Source: Phallusia mammillata
Taxonomy: Eukaryota
Assembly: GCA_965637545.1 (NCBI GenBank)
Contig: OZ281497.1
Span: 19,406,001 to 19,470,000, forward strand
Direction of reading: 5' to 3'
DNA: 64,000 nucleotides
This document shows positions 1 through 11,100 of the stretch, in pieces. Numbering within the stretch: position 1 is the first letter of the stretch; every line of letters starts with the position of its first letter. The position numbers and the translations under genes were made by a program. The notes under the pieces were generated by a model, which did not search any database, was not told the origin of the DNA, and worked only from the letters and a program-made list of their open reading frames with translations.

Positions 1-690
1 TTAAGGCAAACAAGCCTTTTTTCCAAAATTACTGAAAGCTGCATGGAGCTTTATTCTTTTTTTTCTTTCTTTGAAAGGTCCAAGATTAGCTTTCCTTGTG
101 TGGTAGCCATACTAAACAAACAATGAAACTAGATTTTGTAGTTTAACAAACTATATTTACCAGTTTTGTGACAACATGCTGTTATAAGAAAAAATGACAA
201 ATGTATAGTAAATCTATAAATAAAATGTACATAAAAAAGCTACCTTTCTAGATGTTATATGTTTTTATTTGTTATGTAAAAACATTTTTTTGGGTGTCAT
301 TCAATTGATGGTTAAACTGCTTGATGTTTTCATGTTAGACTTTTGTAGCATGGTAAGTTAACCACATCAAGAACTCACAAAAGTTTATGACATGTTTTGT
401 AAAAGTATCTTTGCCATGTACTTGTGATGTTGTTGAACAATTATACTTTTTATTGGTCCTCAGCACTAGCATGTTGCTATTGCTAATAAAAGGTTTTTGA
501 CTGAACATTTGTACTCCAGTATTCTTCAAACAGCTTGAAAAATGGTGACTTAAATGTAATAACAAAGTTTATGAAAAAAATAAAAAGCTTCTGTTTGATT
601 TGTGAGGGTGATAAAGCAAAAAAATCCATCTATTGTTCTGAGCCTAGACTTTTCCAAATTTTATTTCAGTTAGTTTTGCATTTCTTATCC

Positions 691-901
691 GGTAAAACCT
701 AGTATATCGTTTTTTCATGGATAATAAACAAACTAACAATATGTCGTGAACCGTAGGTATGCCAAAAATTTTTTACTGTAACATGTTTGTGAAAAACACC
801 AAACAGGTAGACCAAAAAAATATTTTTGGATGCTAACCAACATCAAACGCGTTTTGTGCTTTTTCTCGAAAACTTGAAAATTGCAGTTACTAGGTTTTAC
901 C
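691..901. mobile_element. MITE-like element with 14-bp perfect terminal inverted repeats
   Basis: GGTAAAACCTAGTA (691-704) and its reverse complement TACTAGGTTTTACC (888-901) bound a non-coding AT-rich core. No clear TSD. Confidence 0.5.
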
Positions 902-913
902 AAACGACGGCAG

Positions 914-1010
914 AATTGTCATCATCAGTGAAAATATAATGTACAAGCGGAAACCGGCGCATTTATACATATTCCGCTTGTACATTATATTTTCACTGAT
1001 GATGACAATT
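914..1010. repeat. Perfect 39-bp inverted repeat (hairpin) with 19-nt spacer
   Basis: AATTGTCATCATCAGTGAAAATATAATGTACAAGCGGAA (914-952) is the exact reverse complement of 972-1010. Confidence 0.95.
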
Positions 1011-1162
1011 GTTTTGTCGAACCGTCTGTTTAATAAAATGAATACGTTTTATTGTACATCGCTGGCAATTTGATTTGTAAAAACATTTGCAAAAGTATCC
1101 GACATATATTGAACGTTCTGTGTATGACGCAAAGCGCTCATTGATCTGTATGTGACGTAAAG

Positions 1163-1574
1163 GTGCAACATGTTGATGGCCACTACGTGGACGCTACACC
1201 GGTAGCAGACACTGTGATGGTCAATATCGGAAACACAATGCAGCATTGGACGAAAGGAAAGCTAAAATCTACGGTTTCGTATCACTTGTAGTTTTTACGT
1301 GTTCTGTGCAGCAAACTACATTTCACGTTTTCTTGTGCAGAAACATCGCGTGGTAGTTGGCAAAAATGAACATTTGTTGAAAACAGCTCGTCGTTCGTTA
1401 GCGTACTTTGTTCACCCAAACAACGACATTTACATCAACAAGCCATTAGTTTACAAAGAAAAGAGCTCAACGGATGACGATTGTATTCCTCAAAAAGACC
1501 TGATAACGTCAAAAGAGTTTTTGCTCGGAAGAAGTCGCGCATTGTGGGAAAACAAGGATTCCATGCAAAAATAG
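1163..1574 (+). CDS. 2-oxoglutarate/Fe(II)-dependent dioxygenase (IPNS/DIOX-like), last two exons; 5' part not found in window
   Basis: Exons 1163-1273 and 1341-1574 (GT-AG intron, phase 0) give VQHVDGHYVDATPVADTVMVNIGNTMQHWTKGKLKST-KHRVVVGKNEHLLKTARRSLAYFVHP...*. This matches the VNIGD..W..G..KST.HRV...RxS..F.HP motif (distal Fe His and 2OG-binding RxS). The HxD exon is not visible in 1-1160. Confidence 0.8.
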
Positions 1575-1852
1575 CCAAGCTGTCAATCAATTGACGTGTT
1601 CCTTGCTAATCTTTTATTAATTTGATTGTCTGAAATACTACATATTAAATAATAATGTGCAACGATCACCTACGTTGAAAACTCTTTGTTTTAATTTGGT
1701 TTTGTCGCTTGGCTATTTCATAATCAGAAGTAACCCACCCCAAATTCACAAAGTGCTTTATGAACGAATACCGGTATTTATGAACGAATACCGGAATTAT
1801 CGGCATCACATGGTTGTCGATAGTTTAGCGCAGAGATGTCAACAATGACATG

Positions 1853-1862
1853 TGGCGGGAAA
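1853..1862 (-). promoter_or_regulatory. E2F consensus site upstream of FANCI
   Basis: TGGCGGGAAA, reverse complement TTTCCCGCCA, lies ~265 bp upstream of the FANCI ATG. A possible 5'UTR intron spans 1968-2038. Confidence 0.5.
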
Positions 1863-2126
1863 TCTGACTGAGCCAAGTTGAGTTCATAGTTGAATTATCT
1901 TCAAGTTATTAACTTTGTCACTGGATTAGCTGTGTAATGTTAACTGATTTCAGCCACATAAACGTTGGTAACACATGAAAGCCAAAGATCAAACCTAATT
2001 TCCGCCACTTTTTCCACTCTTGTGTGTTATTTTTTAAGGTTTCCAAATAAAAGAGGTTAAATCGGGTTAATTATATCTTAACTCATACCTGTCCTGAATA
2101 TCAAGTGACATAAGACACGACCAAAA

Positions 2127-5100
2127 ATGTCTTCTGTGGACTTGATAAAATGGTACAATGAAAATAGTTTGGAGAAAATTTACTCTACTGTGGGAAGACT
2201 TTCTACAACTTCCATCATAGAATTATTGCAGCAATATTTGAGAAAAGATCATGGAGATGACAGCACATCTTTGCTGAAGGGAATTCTTTTAGGTACACAT
2301 ACAGTTAGCATCAATGTTAATTATTTTGTCAATTTTTGTTTTAAGACGGATTTACATGTTGGTAAATAGTAATTGTGGCTTGTGGGTTCCCTTCCCTATA
2401 GGGAACAACTATTATAAAGAGAACAACTCTTGTCTTTATCAGGGTAAATGTTGCTAAATGACCCTGAATATTAAACTGTAAGAGTTTGAGTTCAAATATT
2501 TCAGACCCTTACTGTAAGTTTGACTCGGACTCCAAATCTGACTTTTCTCCCTCAAATTTGTCAATGCACTCTATGCCCTTTACCGAAATGTTGATGCTAA
2601 TTTGCTTGTACACATGTGTTTTTTACTACTGGATAAAGATAGGGACCCAATTTAGATTGAGTAAAAAGTATGTATCTAATGTTAGTGAGGCAAATGATGT
2701 ATGTGATTAATGGTTAAATAAGATCCCTATATTTTGTGTTTGTAAGGTTGTGAAAAGGATTCTATCAAAAGGGGTCTTGTGCTGACATCTGCATTCAAGG
2801 AGGTAATTCACACACTCAGTAACGCAGCAACAAACACCAAACCTCACACAGATTTGATATGTGTCCTCAATCATGAAGTAAGGAGAACAGTAATGAATTT
2901 CATAGACAAGGCAACATTTTTTGTGGATTTTAGGTAAGCAACCTATCACCAGACAGTATTGTGGAAATAGCAACAATTGTGCTTGAAGGTATAAGAAGCA
3001 ATAGTATTGGACAGGGTCAATCTTTAAAGATTTTTTCAAAGGTAAGATTAATTTGAATGCCAATCATTTGTTTTTACTGTTAATTATGTTGATGCCTTTC
3101 TAGCTTTTGGAAATTGCTCAACAGCACACATCACTTACAATGGAAAAAACATCGGAAGTTGTGTGTGGAACTGAATACAAGCACTATGTGTTAGGTGAAA
3201 TATGCTCAATGCCCTGGACTGCAGCAACTACCTTTCCTCTAATTGACATGTTAAAGTAAGCTACTTATTTAATTAGTAAAATTCCTAAACATTCGAAGAT
3301 AAAATTATGTGTTCAAACTGGCATCTAACTATTTTTTAAATTTAATTTATACCACATTGGAATGCTGTGCAGCTTAAGGGTTAATTCCTCATTTGCCACA
3401 GTCATTAATTTGGCAGTTTTTATGACATCAAGTCAATTCTTTTTAATTTGACTACAGGGACATACCACTCACAGCTGAGGAAACCAAGGTTGTGATTACC
3501 AAATGTCTTGAGCAGTTATCACAAATGACTGGACAGACCCTTCCACCTTTGATATATCAGTTGATTGCATTGGCAACCGCCTGTAATAAGATTGATCCAG
3601 TGTTGAGAGGGATTCTTTTGCATTTTGATAAACTAGACACCCTTGCTCCACAAGTTGAAAATTCGCTTAATACTGGTGAGAATCTATGTTAGAGCATTGA
3701 AAAACATTTTACTCCTCTTCTGTGTGTGTTAATGTATAATCTGCAACACCTGCAAATTTATATTTCGCCATCTGTAAATAAAAAAGTTTCTTGGGTCTCT
3801 TTCATGTAAGAGGCATGTTTCTGTTTTACTCAGTTGGTTTCTGTTTCTCCCTCACAGCTTGTTTAACCATGAAGTGTTTAATTGGTTTGCCATGTATTCC
3901 TGCCATTTGTTCAAACAGATTCAGTGTTATGTTAATAGTATTTTTTCATGTCGCTCATTGCAGTAGCAAAAAGCTTCTTTGCTATTTTAGACATATACAT
4001 GCAGCTAAACCCAAGTTTGGTATTAAACTACTTCAGTAAATGTGTTTCAAAAATTGATGAAATGGGGTTTTCTCATGACAGCCACAGACTGTTCTTAAAT
4101 TAATTTTGGAGGAACATTATTTCATTGTATTGCCTAAATCTTTCAATTTTTTAGAAGATATTGTTGACACTGAAACCCATAAAAGTGCTTGTGATTTTGA
4201 TGATCTTAAATCCATGGAAGGAACAGTGTTGTTGTATATAAGCAATACTCTTCGGCAAAATCACTCTTTGGGAAAAGGAATAATGAAACTCATCAAGGTA
4301 TATTTTTCTATAGTTTTGTACTATTATGTGAAAATTACATTATGCTAATCTACCATTGATTTGTCAGAGTGCAAAGGAAAGTGCATCTCCAGATACTTTG
4401 TCTGAATTTTTCTTGGCCGTTGGTTTGACTCTGACTCAAGACAGCAGATTTCAGGAAGAAGCTCTAAGTAACTTGAGACTTCTAGTATTGAAGTACGGTG
4501 ACTTCTTTAAAACCCTATGTTGTAATGTAAATAAAAAAGGATGCATCTATACTAGAAATGGCCAATATTGCACTCAATATTGCTCGAATAATTTCGGCCG
4601 AATCAGGCCGAACCTAAAATCCCCGTTTTTTTTATGGTTTCGACTGAACCTTGTGTTGTTGATGCGAATGAACTCAATTTTGACAAACTAAAATCACTTT
4701 CACAATGGGTAAACTTTGCTAAACATCTAATATTTTGCAGACAACGTGGCTGGTATTTCATAGATACAACAAAAAGTTAATTAATGATGTTTTGTATGGG
4801 CGTAAATGAAATTTTAAGGCCTCAATTCCATGCAATAAAAAAGTTCGGTTTCGGCCGAATTTTCAAAAAAGTTCGGACCGAAACCGAAACATTGGAAAAC
4901 AGCGGTTTCGGCCGAAATGTTTCGGCCAACCGAAACTTCGGTGCATCACTAATTTTTACATTGTACAGAACTTAAGTGTTTTAATTGATTTTTTGATAAA
5001 ACTTGGCTTCTGGAGAAAAATGCCTTGATTATTGTCCTGCAGTATTCTTGGTAAAACATTTGGTTATTCACACATAACATTGAAAAGTTTTTGGCTGAGT

Positions 5101-8100
5101 GAAAAAATATCAAAATTATGAAATTGTTGGTGCTCTCTGTCAAGTCTTTGTGTACTGGTTTAACTTGGTTTATCTCTATTTATTAATTATTATTAGTTTG
5201 TTTTTGTTCTTAGGTGTTTCCAAGATACACACAAAACAAATGATCGCAAATGGCTCAAAGATCATAGACAGCGATTGACTGACATCAAAACACTTCTTCT
5301 GAAGCTTGTTAGTTTGCATTAACCTCCAAATACATTGCATGATGTTGATTAATGAATAATTTGTAGGTTAAGAACTCTGCATATGGTTGGGATCATGTCA
5401 TTTCTGGGTCCGTTGACCTTGGGTTCAACTTGATGGCCAGCTACGGACCAAAGCAAGGTAGCAGATATTTACTATGTGATTGTAAAATCTATCTATGAAA
5501 ACCATCACCACACAAATGTATTCAGTGAACAATAACAACTTTACAAAGAAATGCAGCCAAGTTTTAATCAGTCTATGATCTGTGTTACATCTGCCTACAG
5601 TGTTATATTGAGGTTAAACCAGGGGATCTAGAGGAATTTAACACACTTTGGTGCTTGTACAGATTTAATGTGTTTTTACTAAAACTTGAAGAAATATTTT
5701 AGCTTTAAAATTTGACAAGTGGTCGTGCCAAGCTCTGAAAGTCAAACAGACTTTGTGATTCATCTAGTGTTTTAAAATGTATTCATTTTGAGCCGGAGCT
5801 GAAGCATCTGTTGTGGAGATGATCCCTTTGTTTAATAATGTTTTATTGCTGAACATAAAACAAATTGGGGGAAGATGGTTGCATTATGTAAACATTCATA
5901 TTCAGGTCCGTTCAAGAAAACGTTTGATCAAGAAGTCCACAAGACTTCATCACCCCAGCAAAGTGCCTGTGACCTTGGAAGTCACCTTTTGGCCAAAACC
6001 TTTAAACTACATGAGATATCAAGAAAGGAAATTGTTGCTCAAGTCATCAACCGAATCCTCATCAGTATCGACAGCCCAGCATATTTGTACATTGGTATGT
6101 AATACTGCCTAGCATTGGCGCCCACTTGCTAAAATCGGCGGGGAGGCCGAATTTGTAAAGACAAAATTATTTTCAGCCCAGACGTCACCCAACGTCGCTA
6201 GTTACACCCTTTGCCGTGTGTTTCTGTACTGAGGCGGCTGATACCGACCCAGCCATATTACGTTTTTTCTTTCCTGCAACAACTGTTACAAAAATGCTTT
6301 TTTTACGCAACAAGGCGCACACGCGTCTAAATAAGCCATTGTCATAATCGTTTACTCGTTACTAGGTCGTTCGGTATGTTTAAACCATGTTGTGTATTTA
6401 CGCAGCAAATTGTATGTAACGCATTTTAAGTTTAATTTATCTTAAAACAGGTGTTATACCAAAGTAAAGCCCGCGAAGGTATTTGTTCTAAAAAGACATT
6501 TTGGAAACAAACGAGTTAACCATTGAAAGTTAATTTGCTACGAAAGTGTTCCCACAACAACATGTGGGCTTAAGTTTACCTAGTTTTACACTTCACGGGA
6601 CGCATAAAAATGATCCAAAAAGAGTTTGTTACATCACAGACAAGACTTAAAGTATCAATGCTTCCGTTACTGTGCGCGAACAGGTGCCCTTCTTCGTTAA
6701 TTGTGATGAAACAAATGAGTAGTTAGTAACTTATACCAAATAATTTTATTGTTCGACAGTGGCGCTATCTGACTCTTAATAACATTACAGCTCCTGCTGG
6801 TCTCGCAAAAGCACTTTGTAAACAATTACGTACGAAACGGCGCTGCGTTGCAAGCTATGTGGCCATCAACTGTCATTTTCTTATCATCTGGCTCACCCAG
6901 AAAAAAAAATTGTTTACCGATGTCACGATGTTATGTTGAATTTGTGTCCATGTTGCGGACCGACATTTAGTAAACACTTCTTGCGTGTTTTTATCCAATG
7001 GCTCATTGCATGTAACACTTAAAGTATGCGTTTGTGACGTAACAATGTGCGTTGTTTAAATTTTTCAGAAAGGTTTTTCTGTTCAAACTAGGCTGTCGTT
7101 GCCTGTGCATTTAATACACAACTGTCATCATTTTGTAAATTAACACAAAACGTGTTTATGACGTAGTAAGCGACGCAGATACCAGGGGAGGCGGTGCCTC
7201 CCCGCCTCCCCGTAAGTGGGCGCCAGTGCTGCCTAGCCCTATACTAAACCATGTCCAAGCTCCCATTTGCATATTGACTAATGTGCTTTATGACTACATT
7301 TTATTTGCTGTCATGTGGTAACATTTTCACTTCTGTCGCAGATTTGCTGAGAGCAATTGTGAAAAACTACCCACAGCTTCTGCTACAGACAGTGCCACAG
7401 GTATGACAAGCACATTAGCATTTATAACTCATCTAAAAGAAATCTTTATGTTCTGAAACATTTTGAAGTGTTTTTTTATCTGCCTTACATTTGTTAGATA
7501 TGTAGCCATAATTTTATTTTCCTGTATATTTAGATTTAAAGATGTCCCAACGAGCAGAATTGCTTTACATTGCACCTTATGAACGAGTAAGCATCATACC
7601 TTGCACTGTAACATACATATTTCCACACAGGTGAGAAATATGCTTGAAGATTTGCCTCTAATGCATGAGTTTAATGTAAAGAAGTTGCTCACTGCATTGT
7701 TACCGCTGATACGAATTAGCGCTGCACTTCGCGATGGACTGATGCTCACTCTTCGCAAATCTCTCTCTGCAAGGTTAGTTTGTAAGGGTATTTAGGTTTC
7801 ATACTTTTTCAAAGGTTAAATTGGTAATACCATATCAAAAAGAAATTCTAGTTGTTTCGTTTACTCCTTGAGTGCTTAAGAACGGTGATTCCCAAACCTT
7901 TTTCCAGTTGTGTGTCACTTAAGATTTCGGACAGTGTTCAGGTGCAATCTATATATGTTTAGGATTTTTTTATGTCGAGAAAATAGACTACACAACAATG
8001 GCTACCATCAACACAGCACATTTTTCTGGGCTAAAAACGTATGAAATGCAAACAAAAGTATAAAAGCATCAAGCTAATAAATTTAACGTGCATTTGTGGC

Positions 8101-11100
8101 ATATTTACCTTGGTTTGTAAGCTGCAGACAGTGCAGATCTGGAACGCATCTTTCACATGTCGAGTAATGTAAAACATTTTATTTTGATATTTATCCGCAA
8201 GGGATGACAAAAACCTTCAGAATAATTTTACTCCCAATTTAAAACCTTCGCTCACAAGAAGCTGAATTGTGCGGCGTTGTATGGGTCTATCAAAGTAAAT
8301 GTAACCGAACCTATGAAGATCAGTTGGTAAAGCAGCCTTGGGTCGGTTCGATTTTCAGCCTAAAGTTTTAAAGTCTACATCTACACCTTTGCATGAAAAA
8401 AAAAGATTTTTAGTCACATGGGAGATCGACTTTTCGCAATTAGCCTCATAGAGGCCTTAGATTTAGAAGCTTGGGTTTATGCACGTTTTTTCTCGTAAAG
8501 CCGATGCTAATCACCGTGTACTGAGTGTGTTGCTGTTTTTTTGCAGTAATTTGGTATGGTTCGGTTGAAGTTTTCAATTATACTTTTTGCAGGCAGAAGG
8601 AGTCACGTCATTCAGCGGTCTTCGGATTTTTGTTAATTTTAAAAACCTTTCCGCTATCAGAAATGACTTCGTTGAGTCAATTATCCAGCCAATCTTCACA
8701 ATCCATATTCTCAACATCCAGTTCGGTGAGTGTTCAGCAATTTGCACTAAATAATTTTTTGCTTGCGACCTAAATAATTGTCAGGTGCGCATAATTTATG
8801 AAAACTCATTTCCACTCATTTCCAAGATAAATTCATATCTTTGTATAAATAGGTATAAAGTGTGCAATTCTAGCAGTCAGCCGTGTACCGAATGAATATG
8901 TTTCATCATATGTTGTCGGTTATACTTGCAACTTTTCCCCTACCCTTTAGGCATATTCCGAACTATAGCGCTTATGTTAAACCATCAATGTTATTTGTGC
9001 ATGCGACAGCAAATCCAGGTGGATGTGCAAACTCAAGGCAGTCCACCGAGGAGCAACGAACTTCTGTGTCTCGAGATCTTGCAAGCGCTCAAACGCTGTT
9101 TAAAGCAGCAATCCTCTGTTCGATCTCAACTCTATGCTGGACTGGTTGAAGTTGTGAAATGTAACCCACGATTGGCGCCATTTATTTTGATCAGTTTGAT
9201 AAAACAGCTGAAGTAAGTAAAAACAATATATTTCGAAATTGCCAGTATAATAAACAATAACAAACCCTCCAACAGACAACAGTGTCGCTGGAGATTATCT
9301 GCTATTTAATGGTTTTATACTTCACTTTATTGTTGTGTTTTAATGGCATTATTCATCTTTAATTATGTTTTATTCTGTGGTTTAAAAATAAAATTAAACT
9401 GATTTGGAAAATATTTTCCATTCTCAGTTACTTTGAAATTTTATATCTGCTTTTTAGACTTTACTACGAATCCATAGATGATCTTATTCCTCCATTGAAA
9501 TTATCGGAATGCACATATGTGTCACAGGATTCGTGTAACTTGCAAGAACCACTGCCTGTGCTTTTAATGGCTACGTACATGTGTTTGCGCGAGGTAATGC
9601 TTTTGCATTAACTGAAATCCATTTTACATTCAACTCGTATTTGAGATACAAAAATAAACTGGCATTGTGCAGGGAATGAATCACCAAGGCAAGTTGGGAG
9701 ATGATGACGAAATCATTGATGAAGTAACCAATGAGAACATTCGAGAAATTTTCGACTCTTTGACGCTGAGAATGTGCAAAAGTGACATGGAAGATTATCA
9801 ATTGGTAGAAATTATATATAAGCGAAATTTTTTTAAATAATTTTGCCATTCTGAAACCAATGGAAAGGACATCCTGTTATTATAAGCTAAGAAGAATACA
9901 TTCATACTGGGATCAGTCCTGAAGCGTCCATGTGTACCAGCGGTCACGACATACTCATCCATAAAATTAAAGGCTTGATACCGAATCGAGCTGATCTCCC
10001 AAGCATTTCCACATAGCAAGGCACAGGGAAAAATCTAGTCTGCGGTGGGATTCGAACCCACGGCAGTCTTTCCAGGACTCGCGCTCTTCCAAGTGAGCTA
10101 CACAGGTTTTCATGAGCCTGGCGTAGTATGATTTTTGTAATGCTTTTCTTACACATTGGTTTGCCTGATAAGTGTTGCATAGCGTTTCTTTATCGTCTAA
10201 CATCCATTTAATGCATGTTCTTGAATATCCTTAATATTACAGGAGAAATCGTCGGTGTATGGAAACAACATAAAGGAGGGACAGAAAAACTCGAGTGTTC
10301 TTTGCTTGTTTATGAACATTTATCAAGTTTTAATGGACTACAACTTGACTTGCTGCGATTTCACGTAATACTATAACAATTCCTTTCTTTATTTTACTTT
10401 TTCTGATGGTGACTTATTGACGTTTAAGGGAGGACAGTGTCCACCAAGTTTTACAACTACATCAGAGTTACCAGAAAATTGTCGACTTTATCCAATCTCT
10501 CAAGTGCTCACATCTTTCCGGGAAAATTCTCCTAGAAAATCAGTTGTCAGCAATGTCCGCTTCCAACCACTGCAATCTTGTTTACAGTATGACCACCTTC
10601 GAGAAAACTAGTTTTTTTTTTCAGCCTTTACGTTAAAATTTTCTGTAATTTAATCTTTTCAGCTTTATTTTGCGACGAATCAACGGACAATGAATCTGCT
10701 GTGGAGACGTTGTCGTCCAACGACAGTTTTCTCAAATACGTAATGCATTACACTCATGTAATGTTGCTTCACGCCAAAGATCACTCAGTGTTCCCGGGTG
10801 TCGGATGTAAGTAATGGTGTATTTTTTTTTCAAATTTAACTGAGATGTGAGTTGGATTAAGAAAGACGGGACCATCCGAATCAGACCATACTTGATTCTG
10901 CATAATAATTGTGGAAAAATTTGCATAATAATTGTGGAAAAATTCGAACCAAAATGACTTTAACTTTGCAAAAAATACTTCAACAATTTGTTGTTTTGTT
11001 CAGTTCATTTCGCTTGGTGAAAGTAAACATAGCGACACCATAGCACTAAAGCAATCACCGAGCAACAAACACAAAGTATCTGCAGCGCGTTCAGCCATTA

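Noticed and set aside
1-600. Possible exons at the window start (e.g. minus-strand YGYHTRKANLGPF..., SPFFKLFEEYW...)
   Set aside because: No consistent splice path or recognisable homology was found, so they cannot be supported.
1757-1794. Short exact tandem duplications (18 bp at 1757/1777; 23 bp at 10899/10922)
   Set aside because: These are ordinary slippage-type duplications with no evident function.
1575-2126. Operon linking the oxygenase and FANCI
   Set aside because: The gap holds an E2F site and a plausible cis 5'UTR intron (1968-2038), which favour an independent FANCI promoter.
7542-7586. 45-nt in-frame candidate FANCI exon ([15 protein letters not shown])
   Set aside because: The flanking exons align to human FANCI without a gap, the acceptor is weak (AAAG), and the residual intron would be only 44 nt.
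10037-10107. Functional tRNA-Ser(GGA) gene
   Set aside because: The acceptor stem pairs only 5/7, the anticodon stem is 4 bp and mis-spaced, and there is no long variable arm. It is called a SINE head or pseudogene instead.
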